Shown one piece after another: positions 1 to 12,432 of a stretch of DNA of 64,000 nucleotides. Position 1 is the stretch's first letter; every line of letters starts with the position of its first letter. The stretch spans positions 5,890,001 to 5,954,000 of the forward strand of contig NC_043009.1 in NCBI RefSeq assembly GCF_006345805.1. Direction: 5' to 3'. Under the pieces are notes generated by a model. The model was given only the letters and a program-made list of their open reading frames with translations. It did not search any database and had not been told where the DNA came from. The DNA comes from Octopus sinensis (lineage: Eukaryota). Both the position numbers and the translations under genes were made by a program.

Positions 1-68
1 CTTAAAACATCCTATAGTAAGAAATTGAATAATTAATGTGAGCAATATCTAATATCACTGCCAGATTC

Positions 69-471
69 TTTTCTACACTAGGCACAAGGCACGAAATCTT
101 TGGAGAGGTAGGGCAGTGAATTAGATCGACCCCATTACGCAACTGGTACTTAATATATCGACCCTGAAGGGATGAAAGGCAAAGTCGATCTCGACAGAAA
201 TTGAAATCAGAACATAACGGCAGGCGAAATACGGCCACGCATTTCGCCTGGCTTGCTAACATTTCTTATTTCTTTAAGGGAGCTAAACATAGAGGGGACA
301 AACAAGGAATAACAAATGGATTAAGTCGATTATTTCGACCCCAGTATGCAACTTGTATTTAATTTATCGACACTAAAGGGATGAAAGGAATTTGAACTCA
401 AAACGTAGCGGCAGACGAAATACCGCTAAGCATTTCGACCGATGTGCTATCGTTTCTGCCAGCTCGCCACC
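69..471 (-). mobile_element. tRNA-derived SINE family 1, two units head-to-tail
   Basis: Minus-strand head GGTGGCGAGCTGGCAGAAACG, box-B-like TGAGTTCAAATTCC, and the TCGAC-rich body present twice. Confidence 0.85.
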
Positions 472-1111
472 TTATAGTCGTACCAGATTCACGTTATAGT
501 ACCATGCTGAAGAATAATCTATAGAATGATTCATCTGTAGTAACCTCAGTGTGAAATAACTTCCTGGTTGCAGCAGTGTTAAATAACATTAAATCGAAAT
601 TTAAAGTAGGATAAATTGAATTATAACACTAATAAACAAATAACTCATATGTAGCTCAGGCTACAGGAATCGAAGAAAATAGTAGTAGTTCAAATAATTA
701 TTACGGATGTCGCAAATTGGCTTAATCTGCATGTAAATTAGAAAGTTAGATAATTACCTCAGAAGAGGGTAGAGCAGGAAATAGTGTAGTATCAAATATA
801 ATAAGCACTGATAATACCGTGACATTCACAAGCATATCACAGCAGTAATTATAATTCTTATGATATTAATCATATACATAGCAGGATTCACCTTAATAAG
901 GATGATATAATAAGAATATCAGATGTGATGATGTGGTACCAGGATAATGATTTCAAATATAGACCAGTAGTGCTGACCACTTGTTGAATTCATAAGAAAT
1001 CCGAGTGTCAGAATATCCTATTTCACAGAATGAGGTAATATGTATATGTGTGCACCTGTGAAGGTGTTTTCAGTATATATTCGTGTGTATGTATATCATA
1101 TATATATATAA

Positions 1112-1147
<36 letters not shown>

Positions 1148-1307
1148 ATGTGTGTATGTATGCAGGTGAAAGCTTGTTTCTGAACAACATGCTTCTGGCT
1201 TCAGTCACACTGCGTGGCACATTCGGCAAGGGCCTTCTAGTATAGCCTCCGTTCCGACCAGATGTTTGTAAGTTGAATTAGTAGACAGAAACTGAAAGAA
1301 GGGCCTC

Positions 1308-1350
<43 letters not shown>

Positions 1351-3019
1351 TATATATATATATACATATATATATAAAGAAAGATAGAGAGAAACAGAGA
1401 GACAGAGAAAGACGGAGCGAGACAGAGAGACAGGGAGATAAACAAGTTGCATAAATCTGGATGACAGATATGTAATTCTTCTACGTGTTGATAAAATATT
1501 TCATGCAAGAATTATGGTTTGTGATGTTTTCCTAGTATTCTATTACCCTACTTTCCATCATTATCTGATTAATTATAGCATCTTACAACTCTGTACAAGG
1601 TGCGATTAAAATACCATTCTTGCGTCTAACAAACCCAAACATTGAAACCTGTTGAAATATGATATTCACTTAACAAAAACGCACATTTTCTCTTAAGATT
1701 TTCTCTGGAGCAACCTTAATATCCATTTTTTTTTTCTTTTATACTCCTTTTTCATATTTAGTATGCATTTGTGTTATAATTCTCAGATTTCGTTCACATA
1801 ACTCTCCCCTACTTTCCTGACATTCTTATAATTGATTCACTTATTTTTTTCCCCTACTTTCGAACAGTTTATGATTTTGTTTTCCTATTGTTAAACCAAC
1901 ACAAATACATTTTAGTTCCAATAACATATTTATATTGATAATCTACAATAACTGAAATGTGATTTTTTTTTATGAACATGATAACAAATCTCATATTTGT
2001 TTTACTCATTTTGTAGCCGCTGTGTTTATATGAAACCATAATGTTTATATTACACTGTAAACCTAGCGTGTTATTGATTACGATATAATCTTTTAATCTG
2101 ACTATATTACCATACATATTTTCTTTTGCTCAATCACTGTCCTTCCTACACAAATTCCATTCAATCTATCTATCGTTCCTTTTCTAACTCTTGCGGGGAA
2201 CAATGCATTAAATTGATTCTTGGAAATGAAATCGTTGGGAAAAGAGGCAGAAAACTAGAAAGCAAAGATGATCGCTTAGTTTCAGGAAGTTCTAGGTGTC
2301 CATACTCATAATAATATAATCTAGCTTCCAAATAAATGGACAGTTTTTGGATAGAGGAATGCATTCTGAGAAGTCTCAGTGCATATGTCAAAGGCTTATG
2401 TTAGCAGATATGCGATTAATCATGTGTGAAAATGAAGCTAAATTCTTCAAGTATGAAATAAGTGGATGGGAAAATCACTGGTGTATGATAAGGAGGAAAT
2501 CCATATTTCATCAATACAACGTCTAAGCTAAGGAAAACACTGCTTACATTGCGAAAGCATGAAGGAAAAGATCAAATAAATGGAGGAATGGAAATGGAGG
2601 GATGAAATCGAGCAGTTAAGGATAGAATGAAGTGAAGAATGTATAATAAACGAAGGCAGCAGTGAATGAAATATTGAAAGAAAAATGATAAGAAAATACT
2701 AGAGAGAAGCGAGGTACGTACACCGAGTGAAGAAAGAAAGAAAGAAAGAAAGAAGGCAAGCTTGAGAAGATGAATATTAAAAAGGAAAGAAAAAAAAGCA
2801 ATAACGTTAATATGTGGAAATATACTCACACACACACACACACATACACACGCACACACACGAACAAACTCACGCACACACACGCATGGCCCACACTTGT
2901 ATATATATTTGTACGTACACGATATTTTTCATACATACATCATACATATATGCACAAATATATTCTTTATTTTAGTTATTCTTACGATTCATATAATTGT
3001 ATACATATATAAGTGTGTG

Positions 3020-3055
<36 letters not shown>

Positions 3056-4529
3056 CATGTATGTATACACACACATTCATTAGCTAATGCCCGCGCACAC
3101 ACTTATATGTGTAAATATGTAAATATATATATCTGTGTACATGCGTGTGCACATTTGCATTGAATAACAGTGAGCCCTTGCATAGAAATAATTGACGCAC
3201 AAAAGTTTTTACCAGGACAGTAAAATATATTTTTCAGATTCTAAAAGATGCTAACACCCTGAAGATGAAAGCTGATACCGTCCAAGCTGTCCCACATCTT
3301 TGGGTTTGCTGATGCTTAAACTATGAACATCACCTGTCCGCAACCGAAAAGACTATTCTAATTTGTCTTCTGAAGTCAATCTGCAACCTACTTGGAACTT
3401 ACTTCCGTATAAGTCACTCTTTACGCACGTCTCCTTTTACCAACCGCTACATTTTCTGTTACATCTTGAAATTTGTTGTTCTTGAGACTGCTTTACTTAT
3501 CGTCCGTCCTGCTGTCGCCAGCAATAATGCATCATTCTCTCAGCCCGATTACTTTATCCACTAGTTATCATAAATTATGTACAAACGTATAGCAGCTATC
3601 TTAGCCTTCCACACAACTATACCGAAACATATAGCTTCGTTGCATATTATTTAGAATTACGGTAAGATAGTTTCATATATGTACTATAAACTTAACGGCA
3701 CAAATTCTGTATTCAACATAATTCCCATTAAACCATCATTGAAATACCACAGACCACACTCTACATGCACTACATGATTTGCAGGAACAATTTATAAATC
3801 GAAAATTCATTGAGTTTGTTTCATAGAATCAGCCAAAACGAGTAAATGACTATGAGATTAAACGTTTCCAAACTTACATGATAAAGAGAAATTTAAAAAA
3901 AAACTGAAAGTATTTCAATAGAAATACATAACTACCCTGGAGACTTCGACATTACCTAAACATATAAACATATAAACATATAACTACCAAAGTAAAACTG
4001 ATAAAGAACGAAATACACAAGGTCAAAATATTTAAATAAGTGCACGGTTGAAGAGTCAAACAGTTATTGAATGTAAAAATTAATGCCAGAAATAAGATAG
4101 TAAATGGAAATAGGTTAACTCTCATAGCGATAAAGTAGAACTTCACCATAAATTTTAAATTAAGAGATTACATACAGGAAATATTTGGAAGCCATCATTC
4201 CAAAGCGGGGTGCGATAAAAATAGAAAATAGTTACACAAATTAATACTTAAAACTCACTGATATGTGTTTGTGTGTGTGTACATATATATGTATATACAT
4301 ATGTATATATTTATATTTATATTATATACACACACACATACAGTAGAAATGTATAGAAAAACAAAAGACGGAGATAGGTGTATGAAGAACAAGCAAGTGT
4401 ATTAGTTTGACTCTCGGGAAAATGAAAGTCTTTTACATTTCGAACCTGCGCTCATCAACAGAAAGGAATAAGAGAAAATGAACAGAGAGAGAATGAAAAA
4501 ACACTCATAGATTTCAGCGCTCTAGCGTG

Positions 4530-4564
<35 letters not shown>

Positions 4565-4600
4565 ATGCATGTGTGTGTGTGTATATATATGCATGTATAT

Positions 4601-4648
<48 letters not shown>

Positions 4649-4716
4649 ATATTATATATATATATACATTCATATATATATATATATATATACATTTATA
4701 TATATATATATATTAC

Positions 4717-4772
<56 letters not shown>

Positions 4773-5308
4773 TAATATATATATATATATTATATATATA
4801 TATATATTATATTCTTTTAATTCTTTTACTTGTTTCGGGCATTTGACTGTGACCATGCTGGAGCACCATTTTTAGTCGCAGAAATCGCACCCCCTCGGGA
4901 ATTATTTTTTCTAAGCCTAGAACTTATTCTATGGTACTTTTTACCCGAACCCCTAAGATGTGGGGACGTAAACTCATGAACGATGATTGTCAGGCGATGT
5001 ATGACCCTTTGGAACAGCCATATATGTCTCTCTAGTTCCGAAATCGATTTTAAAGCCCTCTCACACTCTACCGACGGCGAATAAGCTGCTGTGGGTTGAA
5101 GGACGCTATATGTATACGTTTTGGGGACATCAGATGATTGGCATACCACGTCTTGAAATGGTGTAAATGCTACATACGTTTTACAACTTCTCTTTTTACG
5201 CTTCCTCTACTCAGTTCTTTCCAAAGGGTTCTTTTTCATTGATCTGCGGTCGCTCCAGTTTACACGTAAATCATGCATGTTATATATATATATATATATA
5301 TATATTAC

Positions 5309-5351
<43 letters not shown>

Positions 5352-6002
5352 GAGTGCGTGTGGAAATATGTATGCATCTATATACAGTGAAGGATGCTTG
5401 CATAATGCAGATGTTATTGTCATGCATTATATGTCACATTAATTATTTCTCACATTACACGAAAGTCACCCAGTACATTATCGGTGATATTCCAACAGGC
5501 CCCATATATCTCATCGAGATTTTATCATGGAATGTAAAAAGCCGTAACCAAATTCAGTAAGGCGTTTAATCTGCGGTTTTCCCATTTTTGATATTCCACT
5601 TCCTTCCTCTTAAAAACAATTATACAGCTATTAATTTGACAATCAGACCTTTATCTTTCCTGATACTACATACATACACCTGTCTACATAAAGCTCTTTG
5701 GAGATATAATCATTTCATTTCGTATTGTCAAACTATGTGCGATTAACATTATATTCACAGCTCCACATTTTATTTCCGTGCATCGTACTTTTTCATCAAT
5801 TTCAAGTAACAGCAGTCCTTTTCATTAACATATCTATTGCTGTTATCTTTGTAATCCTCCCAATCTCGTATACTCGAATCACTTCTCATGAAACAGTTTT
5901 TCCCGTTCCTCATTGGCATTCTAATTTGAATAAGTTCCTTTCTTCCATACTGTATACATACGTGTTACTTCAACCATTTAGGTGAATGATGTTTGAGCTG
6001 AA

Positions 6003-6390
6003 AGGCGGCGAGCTGGCAGAAACTTTAGCACGCCGGGTGGAATGCGTAGCCGTATTTTGTCTGCCGTTACGTTCTGAGTTCAAATTCCGCCGAGGTCGAC
6101 TTTGCCTTTCCTTTCGGGGTCGATAAATTAAGTACCAGTTGCGCACTGGGGTCGATGTAATCGACTAAATCCGTCTGTTTCTCATTGTTTGTCTCCTCTG
6201 TGTTTAGCCCCTTGTGGGTAGTAAAGAAATAGGTATTTCGTCTGCCGCTACGTTCTGAGTTCATATTCCGCCGAGGTAGACTTTGCCCCGTTACGCACTG
6301 GGGTCGATATAATTGACTTTAGCAGTTTGTCTGTCCTTGTTTATCCTCTCTGTGTTTAGCACCTTGTGGGCAGTAAAAAAATAGGTATTT
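6003..6390 (+). mobile_element. SINE family 1 concatemer (full unit plus head-truncated unit)
   Basis: GGCGGCGAGCTGGCAGAAAC..GTTCTGAGTTCAAATTCCGCC; the tail CCCCTTGTGGGTAGTAAAGAAAT joins directly to internal GGTATTTCGTCTG. Confidence 0.9.
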
Positions 6391-9094
6391 TTGCTGCAAT
6401 ATCAATGGTATTTTACTGTTCCTGCGAACAAATTTAACGAATTATTTTATGTGTTTTTACTTCTAGAAATCGAAATTATTTCTCACTTTTAAGCATCAGG
6501 AAACATTCGCCTTAAAACGTAAAAGCATTTCATGCAATCGGGATTAGTTAATCCTTTGTAAACTTCGTTTTTCTGTAGTCTGCGGTAACATATAATTCTT
6601 CTAGTGTACCTACACATTAATACAAATACATATACACATGCGCAGAAATACTCACAAAAAAGACACACACACACACACATACACGTAATTCATATATGTT
6701 ACGTATAATGCTGCTGATACTTGCACCGAAAATATTTTTGTACGGAATTCCTAAGACAAAAAATCAACAGATCAATGAAAATATTAGTAGACGTATTACG
6801 TTTATTGCAAAAAGCGTGTGTTTGATTTTTTTGAATGAGAGGTAAAATAGTATATAAGTCTAGATAGGTACTTATGCGGAAAACCAAAACTAAATCAGAT
6901 TTTATGAAGTGCCGCCAACTGTAATCTTGCAGTTGATGAGTTCTGTCTACGAAGAGAAATATAACACTCCCTAATGGGAAATCTGTTTTTGCTAAAGATT
7001 TCAAATCAAGACATTTTAAGATGCTGAAGTTGTTTGATGGTTGCTAGTATGCATAAGATACATTTCCTATGGTGATACTAAACTAGAGTGTAATGGGAAA
7101 GTACTAACAGAAGTTTCTGTTCTGCTCGAAATAGGTCAACAATATATTTACTGCTAGACTACTGAATAGTAACTTATTATTTTCGTCAAGTTAAACCAAT
7201 TTTGATTCTCTTCCGACGTTACAGATTTACTTGCAACTCGTTAACTTTAGTAATTTCGTTGCTAAATATATTCAAAAATTAGATTGAGAATTTGAAAATG
7301 TTCTTAGGTTGGAAGAAAAACTAACATTGAGCCAAATTACTATTAGAGTTATCTTTGGTTTCGATATATTAATGCTGGATACTATGTGAAGCATGTTTAG
7401 AATTATAAAATTTGAAAATATTTTTAATGGAGCAGATAATTTCTGTAATATTACTGACAGAAACATCGACTTGCTCTTCGGTATCAGTTTTAACGTGCAT
7501 GCTAATGAGATATGCAGGAAATTTTTTTACGTTGTTTTGAGTTTTGAAAGAACGTTAAAGCTGGATGTGCTATGAATTCATACACGGAATCATATTTTTC
7601 GATGCAATTCAAACTTTATAACATGAAAGATAAAGGAGAAATAACTTTACTATGCAAACATTGGTGTTTACCTGTCGCACAAATATATAGTGCTAGAAGC
7701 TACATCAATTTTCCATGTTGACTTTGCAGCAATTTGACGTAAAACTATAGCATTCGAAAATGTCAGCACATATGCACGCCCGCCCATACATAAACACTAA
7801 TACTCACACATATACACAAATGCGCGCACACATTTATTCGTTACCACTTTCACTCTTATCGCACTACTAGTGCTGCGTTAAATAATCCAATATCTCCAAT
7901 GCTATGAGTGGGAACAAAAACAGTAGTGCTATAGATGAAACCTTAGTAGATTATCAATATCTGCACTTACTGAATATTAAGCAGGCTACAAAGTAAACAT
8001 CTCATGCACTGTTATTTGCCACCAATTGCGCAAATAAAATCATGCCTAAGATAATGAAATGATTACAAGTATCCTCAGCAGTGGAATAAAATGTACAAAA
8101 TCTTCAGCATTTCCAAGAGATTGTTGAAATATTCAATATGTATCTGCTGACTTGTAATATCAAGGAAAAATGAAAGGAATAGCATGCTAGATTGGTTTAA
8201 AGTGTTGTGACAAGAAGTCTTGAGATATTTCCGTTATGTGAAAGGCAGTGTTGAAAAGGGATCACGCACCAGCATCTGCTACTGTGTCTATATACATAAT
8301 ATTCCACAAAAGAAATATCGTTCTTGATTTGCGAATTTAAAATTTAATTTAAATTATATATAATAATTCCAATCAAAATTGACTAAAACGTAGGGCAAAG
8401 GTTTGGTTTATCATTTAATACGATTTGGTCATTCATAAATGATGTATTCGAACATCTATTTTACAATATTAGTTTGGTGACTGTAGAAATCTAAATTGAA
8501 ATTTGAAAGTATATAAGCTCGTAAGTATACTTAAATATAGAAATGAAATAGCAACTGTGCTTAATTCTCTCTGTGAAGCAAAAGAAATAAATGTAAAAGA
8601 TAGTGAATTAACCACGATGAAAGCTTATGTAGTATTATTAGATGTGTGAAAAGCTTCTTAAGACGTGACGTAGATAAACATAAGTAGAAGCTCCTATAAG
8701 AAGATAAAATTTGAAGATTATTGAAAATAGCTAGGCATAAATATCAAGAATTATTAGATGCTTTCGTGTCTTCAACACATAGAGTTGCAACAGAAAATTC
8801 TGCTACATGGAATTCAATGTGATATTTTATTTCCTATTTATAGATCACCGCAATTAATAACATATTGGGAGAAAATGCTCAGATAAATGAGAGTATGACA
8901 TCAATCTGAAGCGCTACAATCGGTTTATCTGTAAACTCTCAAATCAAATTTACTAACTCATTGCGAGCGGACTATTCGGATTTAGATGACAGGTGCTCAG
9001 CTCCATCAACATGCAAAACAGTTTATCCTTTGGAGGTTCAGACACACACTCACACAACTTCGCCCACATATCTGCGTATTTATATACATATAGA

Positions 9095-9134
<40 letters not shown>

Positions 9135-9265
9135 TATATATGAAATATTATATATGTGTATACATATGTACAAACATATATTTACATATATATATAATAT
9201 ATATATATATATAAATATATATATGAAATATTATATATGTGTATACATATGTACAAACATATATT

Positions 9266-9310
<45 letters not shown>

Positions 9311-9324
9311 GCTACTTTTAAAAC

Positions 9325-9497
9325 CTAGGGGGCTCATGGGCCCGGTTTCCCGGTTTGAATGGCGTATGTGTTCGCAGCATTACTCATTTTCGCCAGCTGA
9401 GTGGACCGGAGCAACGTAAAATGAAGTGTTTTGCCCAAGACCACAACGCGTCGCCCGGTCCAGGAATCGAAACCACGATCGTACGATCATGCTGCTT
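9325..9497 (-). mobile_element. Short CORE-like SINE
   Basis: Minus-strand GGCGCGTGGCTTAGTG..GGTTTCGATTCCTGG..TTGGGCAAAACACTTCATTTTACGTTGCTCCGGTCCACTCAGCTG. Confidence 0.75.
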
Positions 9498-9563
9498 ACA
9501 CCCTAAACACTAAGCCACGCGCCTCCACATACACACACGGATATATATATATGTACAGAGAGA

Positions 9564-9629
<66 letters not shown>

Positions 9630-9900
9630 ATACAGAGGGTAACAATGGTAAAAATGCTTCCGAGAATATTTTCACTTTCCTATTTAGAATCCTTATTGGA
9701 AAATTTGTAAATATGTTATTTGATGTTCGCCAAGAAATCCGTTAAATAAATCACCGACTAGTTTAGTATATATTAACTATCACAAATAATATATAATACA
9801 ACAATAGAATGGCGATGCAGAATGTACAGTTGTGAAGTGTTTATCCATACACATGACAGTCTAAAATAATTGCGTTTTAAATAATCATATCTAAATTTTG

Positions 9901-10245
9901 GTTTCAAATCTTGGTACAAAGCCTGCAGTTTGGGGGTAGTGGATAAATAAGTCGATTACATCGACTCCAGTCCTGAAGTTGTACTTATTTTGTCGACACC
10001 GAAAGGATAAAAAGCAAAGTAGACTTCAGCGGAAATTTATCTCAGAGCGTTAAGACTGACCAAATACCACCAAACATTTTGCTTGGCGCGCTAACGATTC
10101 TGCTAGTTCACCTCCGTAGTTGGATCGGATTTGTCTTTCATAGTTCTTTGGTCGAGAAAATAACTACCAGTTGATCACTCGGGTCGATGTAATCGATTTG
10201 TCTTTCCCCGAAAATACTAGCTTTGTGTCAACATATGAAACCAAC
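9901..10245. mobile_element. Diverged SINE family 1 copy (minus, 9901-10116) and fragment (plus, ~10140-10245)
   Basis: Degenerate matches to the body and head of the 6003 copy. Confidence 0.7.
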
Positions 10246-10585
10246 ATTACCATAAATAATAATCTGAAAATTGTTCTGTCACAGTCACTCAACCCGTGAG
10301 TAATTAGAGCGAAATGACCCGCAAATTGCACCAAAGATCATTAAGAAGAGAAAAAATCTCCAGCACCGAAGTACTAATTAAAACTAACTAAAGAATACAG
10401 GAGTGTGGTGAATAGAATATATATATATAAAGCCAAGGCAAAATGGTGGTCAGAGCTGTTTGAGGTAGGAATTTATAGGTTTGTTATTAATAGGTTTACT
10501 CCGTTAGCCCATTGGTCAACTGAGAGAAAATGAACGACCTAGCGAATTAATGCTTTTTCCGTCATTCCGTCAGTGTCGTTTCTGG

Positions 10586-10621
<36 letters not shown>

Positions 10622-10623
<2 letters not shown>

Positions 10624-10863
10624 CATTATTGGTGAATTGAAGAAATGGAGCTGAACGCAGATTGAACAGAAATCGTTTTATTTCATTCTACACGTGTTTC
10701 GAAAGGCACAAATTACCAAAATCCGATTGAATAATGGGACCATATTGTGTCTTTCTCATCAGGAAGAAAAAAGGAAATCCGTTGGAAACACAAAAACAGA
10801 ACAGAGGCGGAGCAAAAAACAAATCGAACTGTGCTCCTAAGAGCCCATGGCGAAACTGTTTAT
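10622..10863 (-). repeat. Inverted pseudo-LTR, left arm (242 bp)
   Basis: By eye it is the exact reverse complement of 12191-12432. The ORF track independently shows the same peptide MGPYCVFLIRKKKGNPLETQKQNRGGAKNKSNCAPKSPWRNCL on opposite strands. Confidence 0.95.
10681..10769 (-). ncRNA. Type I hammerhead ribozyme (inverted copy), predicted cleavage on the minus strand between 10689 and 10688
   Basis: Exact reverse complement of the 12285-12373 motif; TCATCAG at 10756-10762. Confidence 0.88.
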
Positions 10864-11680
10864 ACTTACTAAGACCCTATCACCTTTTTCCGGAGGCACA
10901 GCCTCTTCCGCTCCCGGTTTAATGCTCAGTAGGAATAATTATAGTAGTAATAATGAGATGAGAGCCAGTACAGTGACACATAATCTCAGCTCCAGCCAGG
11001 GAGTACCCACTAGGGGTATAGTTATAAATAGGGGTGTTGTGGTTGACGGTAATAATGGGAGTAGGGTAGAGAGCCCCATTAGCATCCCCAGCATCATTTC
11101 CCGCAATAGCAGTACCACGGGCAGTAGCAATGACAGCACTCTGATAGATAGTGGAGAATCAGGGGTTATTCCTATAGTTAATAGTGACGTAGTGGAAAAT
11201 AGAGTAGTAAGCGGCTGCAGGTCTCGGAACGAATATAGTGACAGGAACGCAGTTCTAATTTCAGAAACTAATCCTAGCAGATTAAGATTCACGTCGGCGA
11301 ACTCCAAGATCAAAAACGCCGTCTACCAATGCAAGGTTTACACGGACTCAGATGCCTTCACTTATGTAGGGGCATCATCCTCAAGATTGTCTTTGCGTGT
11401 CTCCAACCATTACGCAACTTTTCGGGACGTGAACAAGCGCCAGACCACGGGACTCAGTAAGCTAATATGGCGACTGAAGGATGCGAACTTAAGCTATAGG
11501 CTGGAATGGTCAATTTTGTCGGTGGCCCTCCCATTTGATAGGGGCAGAAGACAGTGCAACCTTTGTGTCTCCGAACTCTTCCATATTTTGTTTGCCAGAG
11601 GCTGGATGGTAAACGGGCTCTTACAGTCGGCTTTTCGATGCCCCCATTGGCGCCGTTACACTTACCTGGCCTTTAAATAG
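10847..11680 (+). CDS. 277-aa ORF: ~155-aa Ser/Asn/Val-rich low-complexity N-terminus plus C-terminal GIY-YIG endonuclease of PLE type
   Basis: Residues 156-277 (nt 11312-11680) read KNAVY(160)QCKV..TY(173)VG..R(184)VSNH(188)..TGLSKLIWRLK..LEWSIL..C(237)NLC(240)VSE(243)..VN(256)..C(265)PH(267). The GIY/YIG tyrosines, Arg, His, Glu and Asn expected of GIY-YIG nucleases are present, plus CxxC and CxH. No internal stops. The first ATG lies inside the inverted repeat; alternative ATGs are at 10922 and 10958. Confidence 0.88.
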   Translation: MAKLFILTKTLSPFSGGTASSAPGLMLSRNNYSSNNEMRASTVTHNLSSSQGVPTRGIVINRGVVVDGNNGSRVESPISIPSIISRNSSTTGSSNDSTLIDSGESGVIPIVNSDVVENRVVSGCRSRNEYSDRNAVLISETNPSRLRFTSANSKIKNAVYQCKVYTDSDAFTYVGASSSRLSLRVSNHYATFRDVNKRQTTGLSKLIWRLKDANLSYRLEWSILSVALPFDRGRRQCNLCVSELFHILFARGWMVNGLLQSAFRCPHWRRYTYLAFK

Positions 11681-12190
11681 CGTTTATAAATAGTACCGGC
11701 ACCCATAGCCCTTGGTAACAAATTCTGAAATAGCCTTTAAGATATCTACGATTAACCACTGCAAAGAGAATTACTCCTGTAAGACAAACGGGGCTTGGTT
11801 TTCTCACAGCGGGGGGTTTCCTTGACAAGGCAGGCTCAGATGAACACACACACACATAAAACATAATATATATATATTTTTTTTATTTTTTTTCTCTCTG
11901 CCACCCAACGGTTATCACGGCAGTAGCCACTGACAGCCGAACGATCAAACGCACACACGTACACAAAAAATGTTTTCTACCCCTACGCCAACACACACAT
12001 ATATAGAACAGTATACACACACACACGTCTCTAAGTAGATTTTTTCTCGCCCCTTATAAAACATCCAATATTCCTTAAATAGTCAGAACTTTATTCTCGG
12101 TCACAAAGAACATCTATACACCCTCACCCACATGATTGACCGATGCCTGACCCGTTGAATTCTTCAGCCACCGGTTCTCAACATACACTG

Positions 12191-12432
12191 ATAAACAGTT
12201 TCGCCATGGGCTCTTAGGAGCACAGTTCGATTTGTTTTTTGCTCCGCCTCTGTTCTGTTTTTGTGTTTCCAACGGATTTCCTTTTTTCTTCCTGATGAGA
12301 AAGACACAATATGGTCCCATTATTCAATCGGATTTTGGTAATTTGTGCCTTTCGAAACACGTGTAGAATGAAATAAAACGATTTCTGTTCAATCTGCGTT
12401 CAGCTCCATTTCTTCAATTCACCAATAATGTT
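12191..12432 (+). repeat. Pseudo-LTR, right arm (242 bp), sense to the ORF
   Basis: Reverse complement of 10622-10863; contains the sense hammerhead followed by AATAAA at ~12372-12377. Confidence 0.95.
12285..12373 (+). ncRNA. Type I hammerhead ribozyme, predicted GUA cleavage after 12365
   Basis: Stem I TTTCTTC/GAA(T)GAAA; core CTGATGA 12292-12298; stem II GAAAGACACAA (12299-12309) with TTGTGCCTTTC (12343-12353), 10 of 11 pairs and a 33-nt loop; GAAA 12354-12357; palindromic stem III ACACGTGT; cleavage triplet GTA. Confidence 0.88.

Noticed and set aside
3257-3275. CTGAAGATGAAAGCTG, hammerhead-like
   Set aside because: No stem II, G at the cleavage position and no stem I.
6003-6090. tRNA-like heads (also 53196-53265 and 38159-38225)
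   Set aside because: They have box A and B but no complete cloverleaf and continue into SINE bodies, so they are not tRNA genes.
9128-9275. Local ~85-bp duplication inside a TA tract
   Set aside because: Ordinary microsatellite-associated slippage or consensus error.
10734-10922. Identical basic peptides MGPYCVFLIRKKKG.. at 10734(+) and 12114-12320(-)
   Set aside because: A by-product of the inverted repeat, antisense to the hammerhead.
10939-11313. 124-aa antisense ORF overlapping the PLE ORF
   Set aside because: Most simply a shadow of the low-complexity sense ORF; no recognisable motif.
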